NCBI RefSeq assembly: GCF_006345805.1
Contig: NW_021829588.1
Coordinates: forward strand, 1 to 38,155
Reading direction: 5' to 3'
Origin: Octopus sinensis
Taxonomy: Eukaryota
Length of the DNA: 38,155 bases
Positions within the stretch are counted from its first letter, which is position 1. Each line of letters opens with the position of its first letter. The position numbers were made by a program, and so were the translations under genes. The notes below the pieces were generated by a model. That model worked only from the letters and a program-made list of their open reading frames with translations, did no database searches and was not told where the DNA came from. Of the stretch, positions 11,311 through 23,590 are shown piece after piece.

Positions 11311-12244
11311 ACAATAAGCTATGCTACAAAAATAAAGAGTCTTAAAAGTTGATCTTAACCATTCTTTCAACAAATAAACTGCAAGGAAACATTTTTAAAA
11401 ATATTTTTGGTCTGTTTCACGCAATTTGTAAATGATAAACCGGGAGAAAGAAATTTATCTGAGAGTTTTAAAACTTCTCTCTTCGCTATATTGGTCATCC
11501 AGAAAATTCCGGGCTCTCTACTTAAAATTGCATCGTATAAATATAGCAGTCATTTAGTTTGTATAGCGAATAGATCATATCAGATTTCCCCTAATCTCAA
11601 TAGCTAAGGTAGACATACACAGATAGATAGATAGAGAGAGAAAGAGGGAGAAGAGAGAGAGAGAGAGAGAGAGGGAGAGAGGGAGAGAGAGAGAGTAAGA
11701 GAGAGCGGCAGGGTTATTTGATGGTGTCCACCTATCACATTACGGAAATTCTCTGGCTATCACCCAAACACAAGATACAACCGAATGTTATAGTTGAATG
11801 AGAAAAAAATTATAGGCCGGAGCTGAATCGTATCCATTTATCGATGGCTGAGATAACAAAGCAGAAAGTACGAAATAACACAGAGTTTTGGCAATGGCCA
11901 CAGTAAATTACCGACTTACTATAAAAACATTTGCGACTGTTAACACAAATGAAATTTGTTCAGCTGAAATATATTTTTCAGCTACTGATCGAATGCATAT
12001 CTAAGTTATCGATTTCTGTCTTCAGCCACTGAATTTGGCACCGAATATTATGCTGGCACGAGATAAGGAATAGCTTGAGACTGTATTATAATTATCCTCA
12101 TTGACATTGCTGCCGTTATCGATATCGTCATTGCCGTTTTCATCACCATCATCATCGACTCTTCTTCTAAATAGATATTTTTTAAAAGTTTCTTTTGTTC
12201 TATTCTTAATAATTTTAATAAGTTATTTTCGTCTTCAAAGTTTT

Positions 12245-12271
12245 TCTTTATTGTTATTATTATTATTATTA

Positions 12272-12343
<72 letters not shown>

Positions 12344-12410
12344 CTAATTCCCTTTGGTTCTTCCCAGTTCCTAGCAATTGATCTGCCCCTGATGTGGGTG
12401 AAAGATAGAT

Positions 12411-12487
<77 letters not shown>

Positions 12488-12650
12488 ATAGTTAGATAGA
12501 CTGATAGGTAAATAGATAAATCGATAGATAGATAAATAGATAAATAAGTAGATAGATAGATAAATAAGTAGATAGATAGATAGATAGGAAGATAGATAGA
12601 TAGGTATATAGATAGATAGGTAGAAACATAGGTAGACAGATACATAGATG
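12245..12650. repeat. (TTA)n and (GATA)n microsatellites
   Basis: (TTA)n at ~12245-12345 and (GATA)n at ~12405-12650. Confidence 0.95.
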
Positions 12651-12844
12651 GGGTTTGACAGATATACAGAGAGAGAGAGAGGGAAGTCTACGAGTCTTTT
12701 TTTTGCTTTACTTCATAAAACCCTTCTACAAATACGTGTATATTTATCACTGTGAAGCAAAGTTTGTACTCAAATCAATACACACACACACACATACACG
12801 TATATATGTATATATATGTATATACATATATGTATATATATATG

Positions 12845-12877
<33 letters not shown>

Positions 12878-13839
12878 TCTGTGTGTGAGAGAGAAAGAGA
12901 GAGAGAGAGAGAGCATTATATAAATACTTATATATATGTATGTATAGGTATGTGTGGATAGATGCGATTCATGTGTATAATAGATATATATGATTGCGTA
13001 TTTTGTGGGCATGAATATGTGTTTGTATGTGTGTGTGTGTGTATGTGTGTCTGTGTGCGTGTGCAGGCGCGTCAATCTGTGAAGTATCTCAATTTCTGTG
13101 TTTTTCTCTCTCACTCGCATTGTCTCTTTGTTTCACTCCCAAAGCAAATGGTTCTGACGTAGTTTTCGACGATTAATTTTTCCAGTTATTTGATCAAAGG
13201 AAGTAGCTCAATAGTTTATTATAGCATAAATGACTGCTTATTCCAAGCAGATACTTGTCCAATGCACACAAGTGTGAGATCGAAAACGAAACTTAAGGAT
13301 CACGAAATGAAGATCTTAAACCATTCCGTACCAATACACATCATTCTACACATTTAACAGGCATGCATACGAATACACGCACATTCTTAGAATGTTGAAC
13401 TCAGACTGTGACCTGGGCATCTGAGGAAATAGGCGTGTTTTGTTCACACAAAACTTCAAGTAAAGTGAGTTGTCACCCTTCAATTAAACATTTACTTTGC
13501 ACATGGATGCCTTGATACGCTCTTTACTTTGTCCCCTACTCCTATTTATATATACTCCTGTGGCCGCATCAGTGGTCCTTTGTTTTCTTCTTTCTTATTT
13601 GTGTCTCTCCTTACTAACCGTCAACCATTTTGTATTTCTATTGTATGTCTTCATTTGCGCAAGCTTATATCTCTATGTGCGTCTATGTTTATTTAGTGTG
13701 TGTGTGTGGGGGGATGCCTGTAATATTTGTATCTTCTGTTTATATACATATATATATATATATATATATTATATTATATATTATATATATGTATGTGTGT
13801 TTGTATGTATGCACATATATATATATATATATATATAAA

Positions 13840-13992
13840 GCGCAGGAATGGCTGTGTGGTAAGAAGTTTGCTTTCCAGTCACATGGTTCTGGGTTCAATC
13901 CCACTGTGTAGCACCTTGGGCTTCTACCACAGCCCAGCCTCGAGCTGACTTGTGAGTGGATTTCGTTGACGGTAACTGAACGAAACCTGTCG

Positions 13993-14054
<62 letters not shown>

Positions 14055-14250
14055 TGTGTGTGTCTGTGTTTGCTCGCTCCGCCATCACTTGACAACCGAT
14101 GCTGGTGTGTTTACCAAAAGTGAACAATAGAATAAGCTCTAGGTTTACGAAAAATATGTTCTGGGGTCGATTTGTTCAACGAAAGAAGGTCTTCCAGCAT
14201 GGCCACAGTCAAATGATTGAAGCAAGTAAAAGAATAAGAAAAGAATAAGA
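13840..14250 (+). mobile_element. SINE family A copy
   Basis: Head gcgcaggaatggctgtgtggtaag, internal TA/TG array, tail ccagcatggccacagtcaaatgattgaagcaagtaaaaga. Confidence 0.88.
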
Positions 14251-14254
14251 TACA

Positions 14255-15880
14255 TCCACACTCCTTTGTATGGCCGAACTTGTCCTCTCATTTAACTCCT
14301 TCTCGTGCACGTGTGATTTTTACCAGCATCCCTCGGGAGTGGCCATAGGAACGAGAATGGGCCCCAACTATGCAAACCTGTTCGCTGGTTACGTTGAGGC
14401 CCGAATATTCTCAAGTTTCACTGGTTCCACACCTGAACTATACGGACGTATAGTTCAGACGACAGTATCGGTGCGACCTCACTCCCCTGCGCACATCTAG
14501 ACTCCTTTCTCTCTTTTGTCAAATCCTTCCATACTGCCGTCCACTTCTCTTGCACTATTTCCGACACCTCAATCGCCTTTTTCGACATTTCGGTATGCAT
14601 TCATCACTCCATTCTCACCATCTCCATCCACTACAAACACACAGACTCACACTCATACCTCAACTTCTCCTCCTCCTCCCACCCTAAACACACCAAGCTC
14701 TCCGTCCCCTATTCCCAATTCCTCCGTTTACGCAGGCTCTTCAATGACAACCATGACTTTGAGACTCAGTCTCAACTCATGCCTCACCACTTCATCCTAC
14801 GTGGATATCCCCTCACCACTATCCACATCGCCCTTGCCAGAGCATGTTCTGTGGACCGTGCATCTGTTCTCTTCCCAGCACCCGCCTGCGGTCACCCGTC
14901 TCCCGTTTCCCCTCACCTACCACCCCTCCACCCTACCCCTCCAATGTACCATTCTCCGATTCCTCCACTTCGCACATCTTCCATAACCGAACCCCTCCTT
15001 CAAACGAGCCCACAACCTATGAGACCTCTTGGTCCACAGCTCCTTCTCTAACCCAACCCCCCAACTCGGCTCGTTCCCTACTCCCGCCCACGCTCCCGCA
15101 CTTGTCCGTACCTCTCCAACACCACGCTCCGCACAGAAACCCATCATCGACCCTATCATATCACTAACTCCTTCACCTGCACTTCTAGCAACGTCATCTA
15201 CTGCATCTTCTGCTCTCTCTATCCTTCTCTATACATCGGTCAAATGAGAGGCCGCTTGGCTGACCGGTTCGCGGAACACCTCCGAGCCTCAGACTCGGCA
15301 ACGACACCCAGGTCTCGCGCCATTCCTGCTCTACCGGTCGCGCTTTACAACACCTCTCTGTGTTCGGATTGTCCTTGCATAGCGGCCATCCGGGCTCCCG
15401 TCTTTGCTTTGAGCAGGGATTAATCTTCTTCCTTCGCTCCTTTGTGTCACATGGGTTCAACTATCCTCTCCTCTTCATCTACCCCTCCTCTCTTGTTCTG
15501 ACTTCCCAACACCTACACCATCATCAACACATCTACACATGCACACACGCCCGGGTGAATGTCACCAGCCCCCTTCCACATGCACATAATAGCTCACACA
15601 TACACACGCACTCACACCTTCGTCTTGGAATCACCTCTACTTTATTATCTCCTTTTCTTCCTAGCTTTCCTGTATGACCCCTCTGTCCGGCATTCGCCAT
15701 GATTGATTGCTAGCCACTAAACCATTTTCTATTTTCTCTCCTTGTTTATTTCTGTGTTCCTTTCTGTCTAAGAGCGTAGGCTCGAAACGTAAAAGACTTT
15801 CTCACTTCTCGAGCGTGAAACTAATACATCTGTTGTTTACACACCCGTTTTCGTCTTTTGTTTTTTTTTTTGTAACTTCT
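14255..15880 (+). mobile_element. 5'-truncated, frameshifted Penelope-like element (RT + GIY-YIG endonuclease + 3' pseudo-LTR)
   Basis: RT: ELVLSFNSF...GVAIGTRMGPNYANLF...ELYGR[frameshift]DD (14458-14463), then AFFDISV...YKHTDSHSYL and SQFLRLRR. Endonuclease: FTCTSSNVIYCIFC...LYIGQ...LADRFAEHLR (VIY 15193-15201, YIG 15232-15240). The 3' region carries a hammerhead-like motif. Confidence 0.92.
15760..15795 (+). ncRNA. Degenerate Penelope-associated minimal hammerhead-like motif
   Basis: CUUU CUGUCUA A GAGC-guag-GCUC GAAAC GUA AAAG. The architecture is intact but the core deviates from CUGANGA at positions 6 and 8. Confidence 0.45.
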
Positions 15881-15884
15881 CACT

Positions 15885-15903
15885 ATCTATCTATCTATCT
15901 ATA

Positions 15904-15936
<33 letters not shown>

Positions 15937-15990
15937 CTATCTATCTATCTATCTATCTATCTACCTATCTTTTTCTTCCAATCTATCTAC
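15885..15990. repeat. (CTAT)n microsatellite
   Basis: Directly visible. Confidence 0.95.
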
Positions 15991-17099
15991 CTACCTACCT
16001 ATCAATGTATTAATAAATAAACCACCACTGATGCATGATGTGATATAGTCTGCCTGTTGCTGTAAAGTGTGATCGATGCAGGGGCGAGGTGTAGAGAAAG
16101 TAACTGTGTTTTAGTGCGATGTAGTATGGTGTTGTATGCTTTATGTTGTGTTTCATGCCTGTTGCTGTCTCGATAGAGATCGGGTGGAATCCGCAATGTG
16201 GTTTATAGTTCATAGGAAGTTTCTACTGCTGTTGAAATTTGTGATTTACAATTTGCAGTTACTATAGAAATTGTTAAAGATAATATCAAAGGAACGTATC
16301 GAAACAGTTATGAAATACAGTTGGACTGTTGCTATCTATCTATCTATCAATCTCTATATATCTCTACCTACCTACCTACCTACCTACCTATCTATCTATT
16401 GATCTATCCATCTATCTATATATATATAGCTCTTTTTCTATCTACATATCTATCTATACACACATACTCACACACACACATATATATATATGTGTGTGTG
16501 TATATTTATGAGTAAATATGCATGAATGTATGCAAACGCATGTACGGATATACAGATACAAACACATACGCACACACGTACATATACGTACAAAATCATA
16601 TATACATGCATACACGCACTCATATGTAAGCAACAGGTTGTTGTTGAGTTACGAATCAACTATCATCATACATAATACGAGAGATTTTGATGGATGAGAA
16701 TCGGATATGTGAACGTCGGAATGAAAGTTCCTATTGCATCAGTTGTTCGTCTGACATCAAAGTATAATGGTTCTTCACGGAAATTATATCCGAATTTCGA
16801 TTTGCAGAGTTTGCATGGGAATACGGTATAAATCACAGATGCTGGAGTGATTGTTGCAAAGAAAATCCTGCAGTACCATTCACAAGAATTTGATTTGTAA
16901 CAGTGGAATTGTTATAGATCTTACAAGTTACGAGGTAGTGTAATAGCAACCGCTGAAATACTATGCTGTAGAGATTCTGTTGGTGTTCTTCTTCTTGTTC
17001 GGAGTTCTAAATTTTGCCAGATATGGTTTACTGATGATGTGACTTTATATTTTTGGTATTGTTAAATGTTCTTTTAGTCGTATATTGGCTTGGTTCTGA

Positions 17100-17166
17100 T
17101 GAGAAATATTCTAAGTACAATACATATGTATATATATATATATGTGTGTGTGTGTGTCTGTGTGTG

Positions 17167-17205
<39 letters not shown>

Positions 17206-17348
17206 ATGTATATATATATACATACATACATACATACGTACACATATACATATATATATATATACACATATATACATATATATCCACCTGCATGTATATA
17301 TATTTGTATGTATGATTATATGTATGTACATAAGAATATATATGTCTG

Positions 17349-17383
<35 letters not shown>

Positions 17384-17640
17384 ATGTGCGTATGTGTGTA
17401 TACACATGTGAATATATATTATGTAATAATAATAATAATAATAATGAGGAGGAGATGGAGAAGAAAAAGAAAGAAAGAAGGAAAGAAGAAGAAGAAGAAG
17501 AAGAAGAGAAGAGAGAGGAAGAAGAGGAAGAAGAAGAAGAGAAGAAGAAGAAGAAGAAGAAGAGAAGAAGAAGAAAGAAGGAAGAAGAAGAAGAGAAGAA
17601 GAAGAAGAAGAAGAACAAGAACAAGAAGAAGATCAAGAAG
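17100..17640. repeat. (TA/TG)n field followed by (AAT)n and purine-rich (GAA)n array
   Basis: Directly visible; the source of the E/K/R-rich ORFs. Confidence 0.95.
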
Positions 17641-17666
17641 AAGTCAATATTAGTTCATATTATGAA

Positions 17667-17850
17667 GGCGTCGAGGTTGTAGAATCGTTAAGCACGCCGA
17701 GCTTAACCGAGTTCTAATTCCGCTGGGGTCAACTTTGCTTTCCATTATTTCCGGATCGGGTAAAACAATACCAGTAGATCATTGGAGGCCGATGTAATTG
17801 ACTCACCCATCTCCTCCTAAATTGCGGGCCTTGTGCAAATATTTGTAATC
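17667..17850 (+). mobile_element. Diverged SINE family C copy
   Basis: ggcgtcgaggttgtagaatcgttaagcacgcc...gtcaactttgcttt...gatgtaattgact...gggccttgtgcaaa. Confidence 0.65.
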
Positions 17851-17951
17851 AACATTCGTACTATACAAGTTACAGTAGCGCTGCATCTGGTATTTTAGCA
17901 GAGCTTTTGTTAAGGTTATTTCTACATAAATTATAACCTACACATTATAAC

Positions 17952-18112
17952 CTGTGTGGTAAGTAGCTTGCTTACGAACCACATGGTTCCGAGTTCATTC
18001 CTACTGCGTGGCACCTTGGGCAAGTGTCTCCTACTATAGCCTCGGGCCGTGGCTATAGTAGCCTTGTGAGTGGATTTAGTAGACGGAAACTGAAAGAAAC
18101 CCGTCGTATATG

Positions 18113-18163
<51 letters not shown>

Positions 18164-18367
18164 TATGTCTGTGTTTATCCCCCCAACATCGCTTGACAAC
18201 CGATACTGGTTTGTTTATGACCCCTTAACTTAGCGGTTCAGCAAAACAGACCGATAGAATAAATACTAGGCTTACAAAGAAGTCCTGGGGGTCGATTTGT
18301 TCGACTAAAAGGCGGTGCTCCAGCATGGTCGTAGTCAAATGACTGAAACAAGTAAAAGAGTAAAAGA
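17952..18367 (+). mobile_element. SINE family A copy
   Basis: ctgtgtggtaagtagcttgcttacgaaccacatggttcc...gcaccttgggcaagtgtct...cagcatggtcgtagtcaaatgactgaaacaagtaaaagag. Confidence 0.9.
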
Positions 18368-18566
18368 TTGTTTAATGTTTAATGAGTGAATATGCCATAT
18401 TTCGGGGATTTTTACTCCGACATCAACACCCATCTAACCGCCGAAATATGACATATACATTCATTTCCCATTTTTTTCTTCGATCTGACTGATTGTTTAC
18501 ATTTGGCGTCTCGATACGAAACGCTGTAGCAAAATTACTTCTGGCTAAACTTTCAGTAGAATTACC

Positions 18567-18980
18567 TATTTCTTTATTACCCACAAGGGGCTAAACACAG
18601 AGGGGACAAACAAGGACAGACATAGGTTTTAAGTCAATTACATCGACCCCAGTGCATAACTGGTACTTAATTTATCGACCCCGAAAGGATGAAAGGCAAA
18701 GTCGACCTCGGCGAAATTTGAACTCAGAACGTAAAGACAGACGAAATACATATTTCTTTATTACCCACAAGGGGCTAAACACAGAGGGGACAAACAAGGA
18801 CAGACATAGGTATTAAGTCAATTACATCGACCCCAGTGCATAACTGGTACTTAATTTATCGACCCCGAAAGGATGAAAGGCAAAGTCGACCTCGGCGGAA
18901 TTTGAACTCAGAACGTAAAGACAGACGAAATACCGCTAAGCATTTCGCCTGGCATGCTAACATTTCTGCCAGCTCACCAC
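18567..18980 (-). mobile_element. Young SINE family C partial dimer with 17-bp target-site duplication
   Basis: Identical flanks ctttcagtagaattacc at 18550-18566 and 18981-18997. Internal 183-bp repeat (18567-18749 vs 18751-18933) with 2 mismatches. Confidence 0.92.
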
Positions 18981-19224
18981 CTTTCAGTAGAATTACCATC
19001 AACAAAATAATTTGAAGAGCACTGCTAACACAGTAGAACGTGATGTTGACTTATAAAAACATTACGGTTGCATACCGAAATACCACGTGACTACAAGCCA
19101 TTAATTAGGACGACGTCTACTATATTAAACCTAGATCTGTTATATGCGTACCACATCATCTGATGTAGTCACTCCACAAATCTCAGATTCTTACTACAAC
19201 TGTTTATACTAATTTACTATACGT

Positions 19225-19365
19225 ATTTCGTTCTGAGATCAAATTCCACCGAAGCCAGTTTTGCCTTTTATCTTTCCGAGATCGATAGAAGAATTATCGG
19301 TTTATCACTTGGTTCGACTTAACCAATTCCTCGAAATTGCTGACTGTGCCAAAATTAGAAGTAAT
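19225..19365 (+). mobile_element. Highly diverged SINE family C fragment
   Basis: cgttctgagatcaaattccaccgaag...ttttgccttttatctttcc...gaaattgctgactgtgccaaaatt. Confidence 0.55.
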
Positions 19366-19611
19366 TTAATCGATAATATATCTATAATATCTTATATAAT
19401 TATTACATCAATGAATTTTGTAGTACGCCGCTAGTATTATTTCTACAATTATTATATAAGGAATCTGTATTATGTCAGTATAACGTTTGTTGTTTGATAT
19501 TAATTTTAGGATAGTTCTATGACATTAATTTCTGATATGCGCACAAGGACTCAGCCTGCGCATGCATATATATATGTAAACACATACACACACAAATACA
19601 CGCACGCACGC

Positions 19612-19679
<68 letters not shown>

Positions 19680-19680
19680 C

Positions 19681-19805
19681 TTCCTCTCTGTCGAAGAGCG
19701 TAGGCTCGAAACATAAAAGAATTTTCATTTTTCCCGTGTGTTAAACTAAAACACCTGCTTGCTGTTCCTACACCTGTCTTCCTCTTTGCTTTTATATAAA
19801 TTTGA
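19681..19805 (+). mobile_element. Solo Penelope pseudo-LTR fragment with hammerhead-like motif
   Basis: Aligns over ~125 bp with 15757-15880 (ttcct(c/t)tctgtc(g/t)aagagcgtaggctcgaaac...aaacta...acacc). Confidence 0.75.
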
Positions 19806-19809
19806 GCTA

Positions 19810-19844
19810 TACATACATACTTACATACACACATACATACATAC

Positions 19845-19875
<31 letters not shown>

Positions 19876-20006
19876 CATACATACATACATACATACATAC
19901 ATACTTACATACATACATACATACATACGTACATACTTACATACATACATACATACATAAATACATGCATGCATACATACATACATACATACATACATAC
20001 ATGCAT

Positions 20007-20037
<31 letters not shown>

Positions 20038-20067
20038 TATATATATGTATATATATATGTGTGTGTG

Positions 20068-20122
<55 letters not shown>

Positions 20123-20162
20123 AATATATATATGTGTTGTGTGGTCCACTCTACTGTATATA

Positions 20163-20229
<67 letters not shown>

Positions 20230-20250
20230 TATTTAAAGGCAGTAGAAATA
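19810..20250. repeat. (CATA)n and (TA)n microsatellites
   Basis: Directly visible. Confidence 0.95.
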
Positions 20251-20300
20251 TAGAAAAAATCTGATACTTAGAGTTTCATGTTTCCGTTCGTCGGACCGGG

Positions 20301-20570
20301 CTTGAATAATTCACCTTTGGTGTTTGGTTCAGCATGCTCAAACAACACTTATTCAGGGACTTTTTGAGCGGGACTGGTTACTCTATCTGATCAAAATTCT
20401 AAATGGGCCCCACCTGCAAGGTCATGCGCTGTTAACATTAATATGAGATCACCATGTCAAGCACATATGGTCATGATGCATGTGCCCGGTGTACCCTTAT
20501 AACGCCGGTTATACTGAGCTTCATATATTTGTACCCCAGTTTCACTTTAGGAGTATGCACTGCTCTCTCA
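20301..20570 (-). mobile_element. Partial copy of the ~540-bp non-tRNA interspersed repeat (family E)
   Basis: Aligns with ~22870-23144 (gggccccacctgcaa(g/a)gtcatgcgctgtt...gcactgctctctca) and shares the same boundary. Confidence 0.8.
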
Positions 20571-20654
20571 TTTAATATTAATAATATTGGTTTCAAATTT
20601 TGGGATAAGGTTAGCGCTTTCGGGGTAAGGGTTATATCAGTAAGCAGATACATT

Positions 20655-21930
20655 CTACACACGACAACAACTCCTCAAGTCCACATTGTCAGGACACTTT
20701 ATGAGTGCATGCAGGAAGGTTTGATCGTCCTCCACACATCTTGTAATGGTCCATCTGACAGTACTTCTGTGCCAATAGAGCCTGTCTTGAACTGGCACAA
20801 CTCCTCCATAACTCTGCAGGAGTGAGGATTTCTGGAAATTATTCATGTGCCCCGACCTGAAAGTCCTCCAGAAAAGCCAAACTAAGTGATCCCTTCTAAC
20901 GCCCAAAGTTTTCCGAAGATATCATCGCTCTTACTGCCCATTAATTCCCTATACAACCCTGATGTGGAACTTCCGATTACCGCATTTCTCGACTGGATAA
21001 GAGGTATGAGCGCTTGCAATGATAAACGATTTCCGACTGGTGGCCAGTCTCCCTACACAGTTGGCACCGTGATTTTTTTCTCTCGACCGTAACATGCACC
21101 TGTTCCCTTTCGAGAAGGTGAATGGCAGGGACCTTGTGGATCGTGTCTAGTTTAATGTGGAGTAGCACCTCGAATCTGATCCCAGACCAATTTTCATAAC
21201 GAGACCGCTTTACATTCAGAGTGCTGCTACTCCCTTCCAAAACGATACACACTAATATCCACCATAAATTATGCCCAGGTGTAATTACTGAGATCGTCAT
21301 CTTCTCCGTCTTCCTTCCTAAATATGATAGACGGCGCACATATATTTCGCTCCGACAGAGAACCACGGTGTGTTTAGCGGCCAGAGCTGCAGGTTCTGAA
21401 GAACGCTGCAAATTGCTTAACTCTCGAGATATGCTGAATATCGGGCATTGTCAATTCCAGTGCAATTTCCACATCTGCCTGACTAGTCGTCTCCGACCGC
21501 TTTGCGTTTATAGCAGTAAATTAATAAAATACTGCTTTTTTTATGTGTTTCTGCCAACACCTCAGAGGGTGCAGGATGACAACGTCCGCCCGCGCTTTTT
21601 CCATCCTTATCAGTTTGGCCTCTTGGCCAGAAGTATTGTCTATCTGTAGGATATCCATGCTGTAGAACTCTATGTCTTTTTTCTAAAGAAAGACAGACGT
21701 AAAGATATATCAGTGCACGAGTCATAATTTTTGTTGTTGCAGTGGCGGTGGGAATAGTGGAGTGAGAGGTGGCCGTTCTCATAATTTTGTTGTTGACGTT
21801 AGTGGATGTCTTCGGTGTTGCCTCATTTATTGCGACGAAAACTGTTTCGTGATTGGAATTTAATTCCCAAGCTGCGCTGGCATTGTTTTTGCTGCTGTTT
21901 GTTGTCATATTGGTAGTGTGGTCCACTCTA
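20655..21930 (-). mobile_element. Decayed Tx1/L1-like element: ORF1 remnant fused to the ORF2 C-terminal cysteine region
   Basis: ORF1-like: ILLIYCYKRK...DVEIAL...QHISRVKQF...SYLGRKT...VHVTVERKKSRCQLCRETGH (zinc-knuckle start). ORF2 end-like: GLYRELMGS...NFQKS...VPVQDRLY...TRCVEDDQTFLHALIKCP. Multiple frameshifts. The extent upstream of ~21560 is uncertain. Confidence 0.65.
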
Positions 21931-22320
21931 CTTTGAAATTGGCGACTGCTTACCTCCCTTTCTATTTGAAGGTAGATGGTGGACTTTCAGGTGACTTGCA
22001 ACTCACTATCAGAGCTACCTCTTACTTCCACTTCCATGTAACTTGGCACGGTGCATGTCGCCATGTTTCCTTTTAAAATTATTTATTTTCTAAAACAAAA
22101 TGAATATTTTCTTTTTCTCAGATACACTGAGCAGAACTAAGCAATGGCGGTGATTTCGACCAACATTTGTAACAACATAAACAACTAACAACATTTGGAG
22201 GCAATAATCAAAACGAAAATTAATTACTAACAAGACGCACGAGCATTCAGTACCAATAGCAACATCAACACTACCACCACCACCACCTCCACCAAAAGCA
22301 ACAACAATAATAATCTCTTC

Positions 22321-22509
22321 AAATATTGGCACAAGGCCTGAACTTTTGGGGAGGGGACTTCTCGATTACATCAATGGTTCTTAATTTCGACAACGAAATA
22401 ATGAAAGGCAATGTCGAGCTCCGCGGGAACTGAACGCAGAAAGTAACGACGGGTTAAAAACCGCTAAGCATTTTGTCCAGTGTGCTAACGATTCTGCCAG
22501 CTCGCCACC
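22321..22509 (-). mobile_element. SINE family C copy
   Basis: Minus head ggtggcgagctggcagaatcgttagcacactggacaaaatgcttagcgg and tail caggccttgtgccaatattt. Confidence 0.8.
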
Positions 22510-22530
22510 TTAATAGTGATAATAATAATA

Positions 22531-22550
22531 ACAATAACAACAATAATAGC

Positions 22551-22595
<45 letters not shown>

Positions 22596-23146
22596 AATAA
22601 TAATAATGCCCTGATGCAGTACCAGACAGTGGCTCTCATGGCTGCTGATCTTAACTGATTTGAAGTGTTCTCATGTACTTAGTTTTGTCTTGGTATAAAA
22701 GATGGCTACAGCAAATATTCTGCTCAATACCACACATTTGCTTGTCAGTTGTTTGACCTTAACCAGTTGACCATGTCCCTCAGTGGCTGACGTTATGTGC
22801 ATCTCTGATCACGAGCAGAAGCAGTTGGGGAGCATCATAGCCATGTGTTGAGAAGGATTCTTTTGGGTTTGATAATTCGCCTCTGGAAACATGGGTGTTT
22901 CGTTCAACATCCTTAAACAACCCTTTTTCAGGGACCTTTTTTGCGGGATGGGTTACTCAACCAGAAGTTAATTCTAACTGGGCCCCACCTGCAAAGTCAT
23001 GCGCTGTTTATCTTGATATGAGATCACATATGGTTGTGATGCATGTGCGTGGTGTACCATTATCAGACGTGTAGTCATGATGGGTATACTGGGCTTCGTA
23101 TATTTTATCCCAGTGTCACTTTGATGGCATGCACTGCTCTCTCACG
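22531..23146 (-). mobile_element. ~540-bp non-tRNA interspersed repeat (family E) with (ATT/GTT)n tail
   Basis: Body 22605-23146, trinucleotide tail 22531-22604, flanked by tgataataataata (22517-22530 and 23150-23163). A second copy lies at 20301-20570. Orientation is inferred from the tail. Confidence 0.7.
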
Positions 23147-23151
23147 CAATG

Positions 23152-23224
<73 letters not shown>

Positions 23225-23369
23225 GGTGGGTGATTGGTGTTATTTGTTATTATCTGCCACAGTAGGGCAGCAAATATTCTACAGCCAAGAGTGACCTAGT
23301 CGTAGACTCAATACGTTTTTGTTATAAGCTTTACAAAGCATCAGATCAGTATCTCTGCAAGAATGAGAA

Positions 23370-23388
23370 TATACTACTACTACTACTG

Positions 23389-23475
<87 letters not shown>

Positions 23476-23502
23476 TTACTGCTGCTGTTGCTGCTGCTGC
23501 TG

Positions 23503-23547
<45 letters not shown>

Positions 23548-23590
23548 ATAATAATAATAATAATAATAATAATCATAATAATAATAATTG
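23370..23590. repeat. Compound (ACT)n-(GCT)n-(ACT)n-(AAT)n array
   Basis: Directly visible. Confidence 0.95.

Noticed and set aside
17053-17682. 209-aa ORF with an E/K-rich tail
   Set aside because: TA/TG repeat joined to a (GAA)n repeat.
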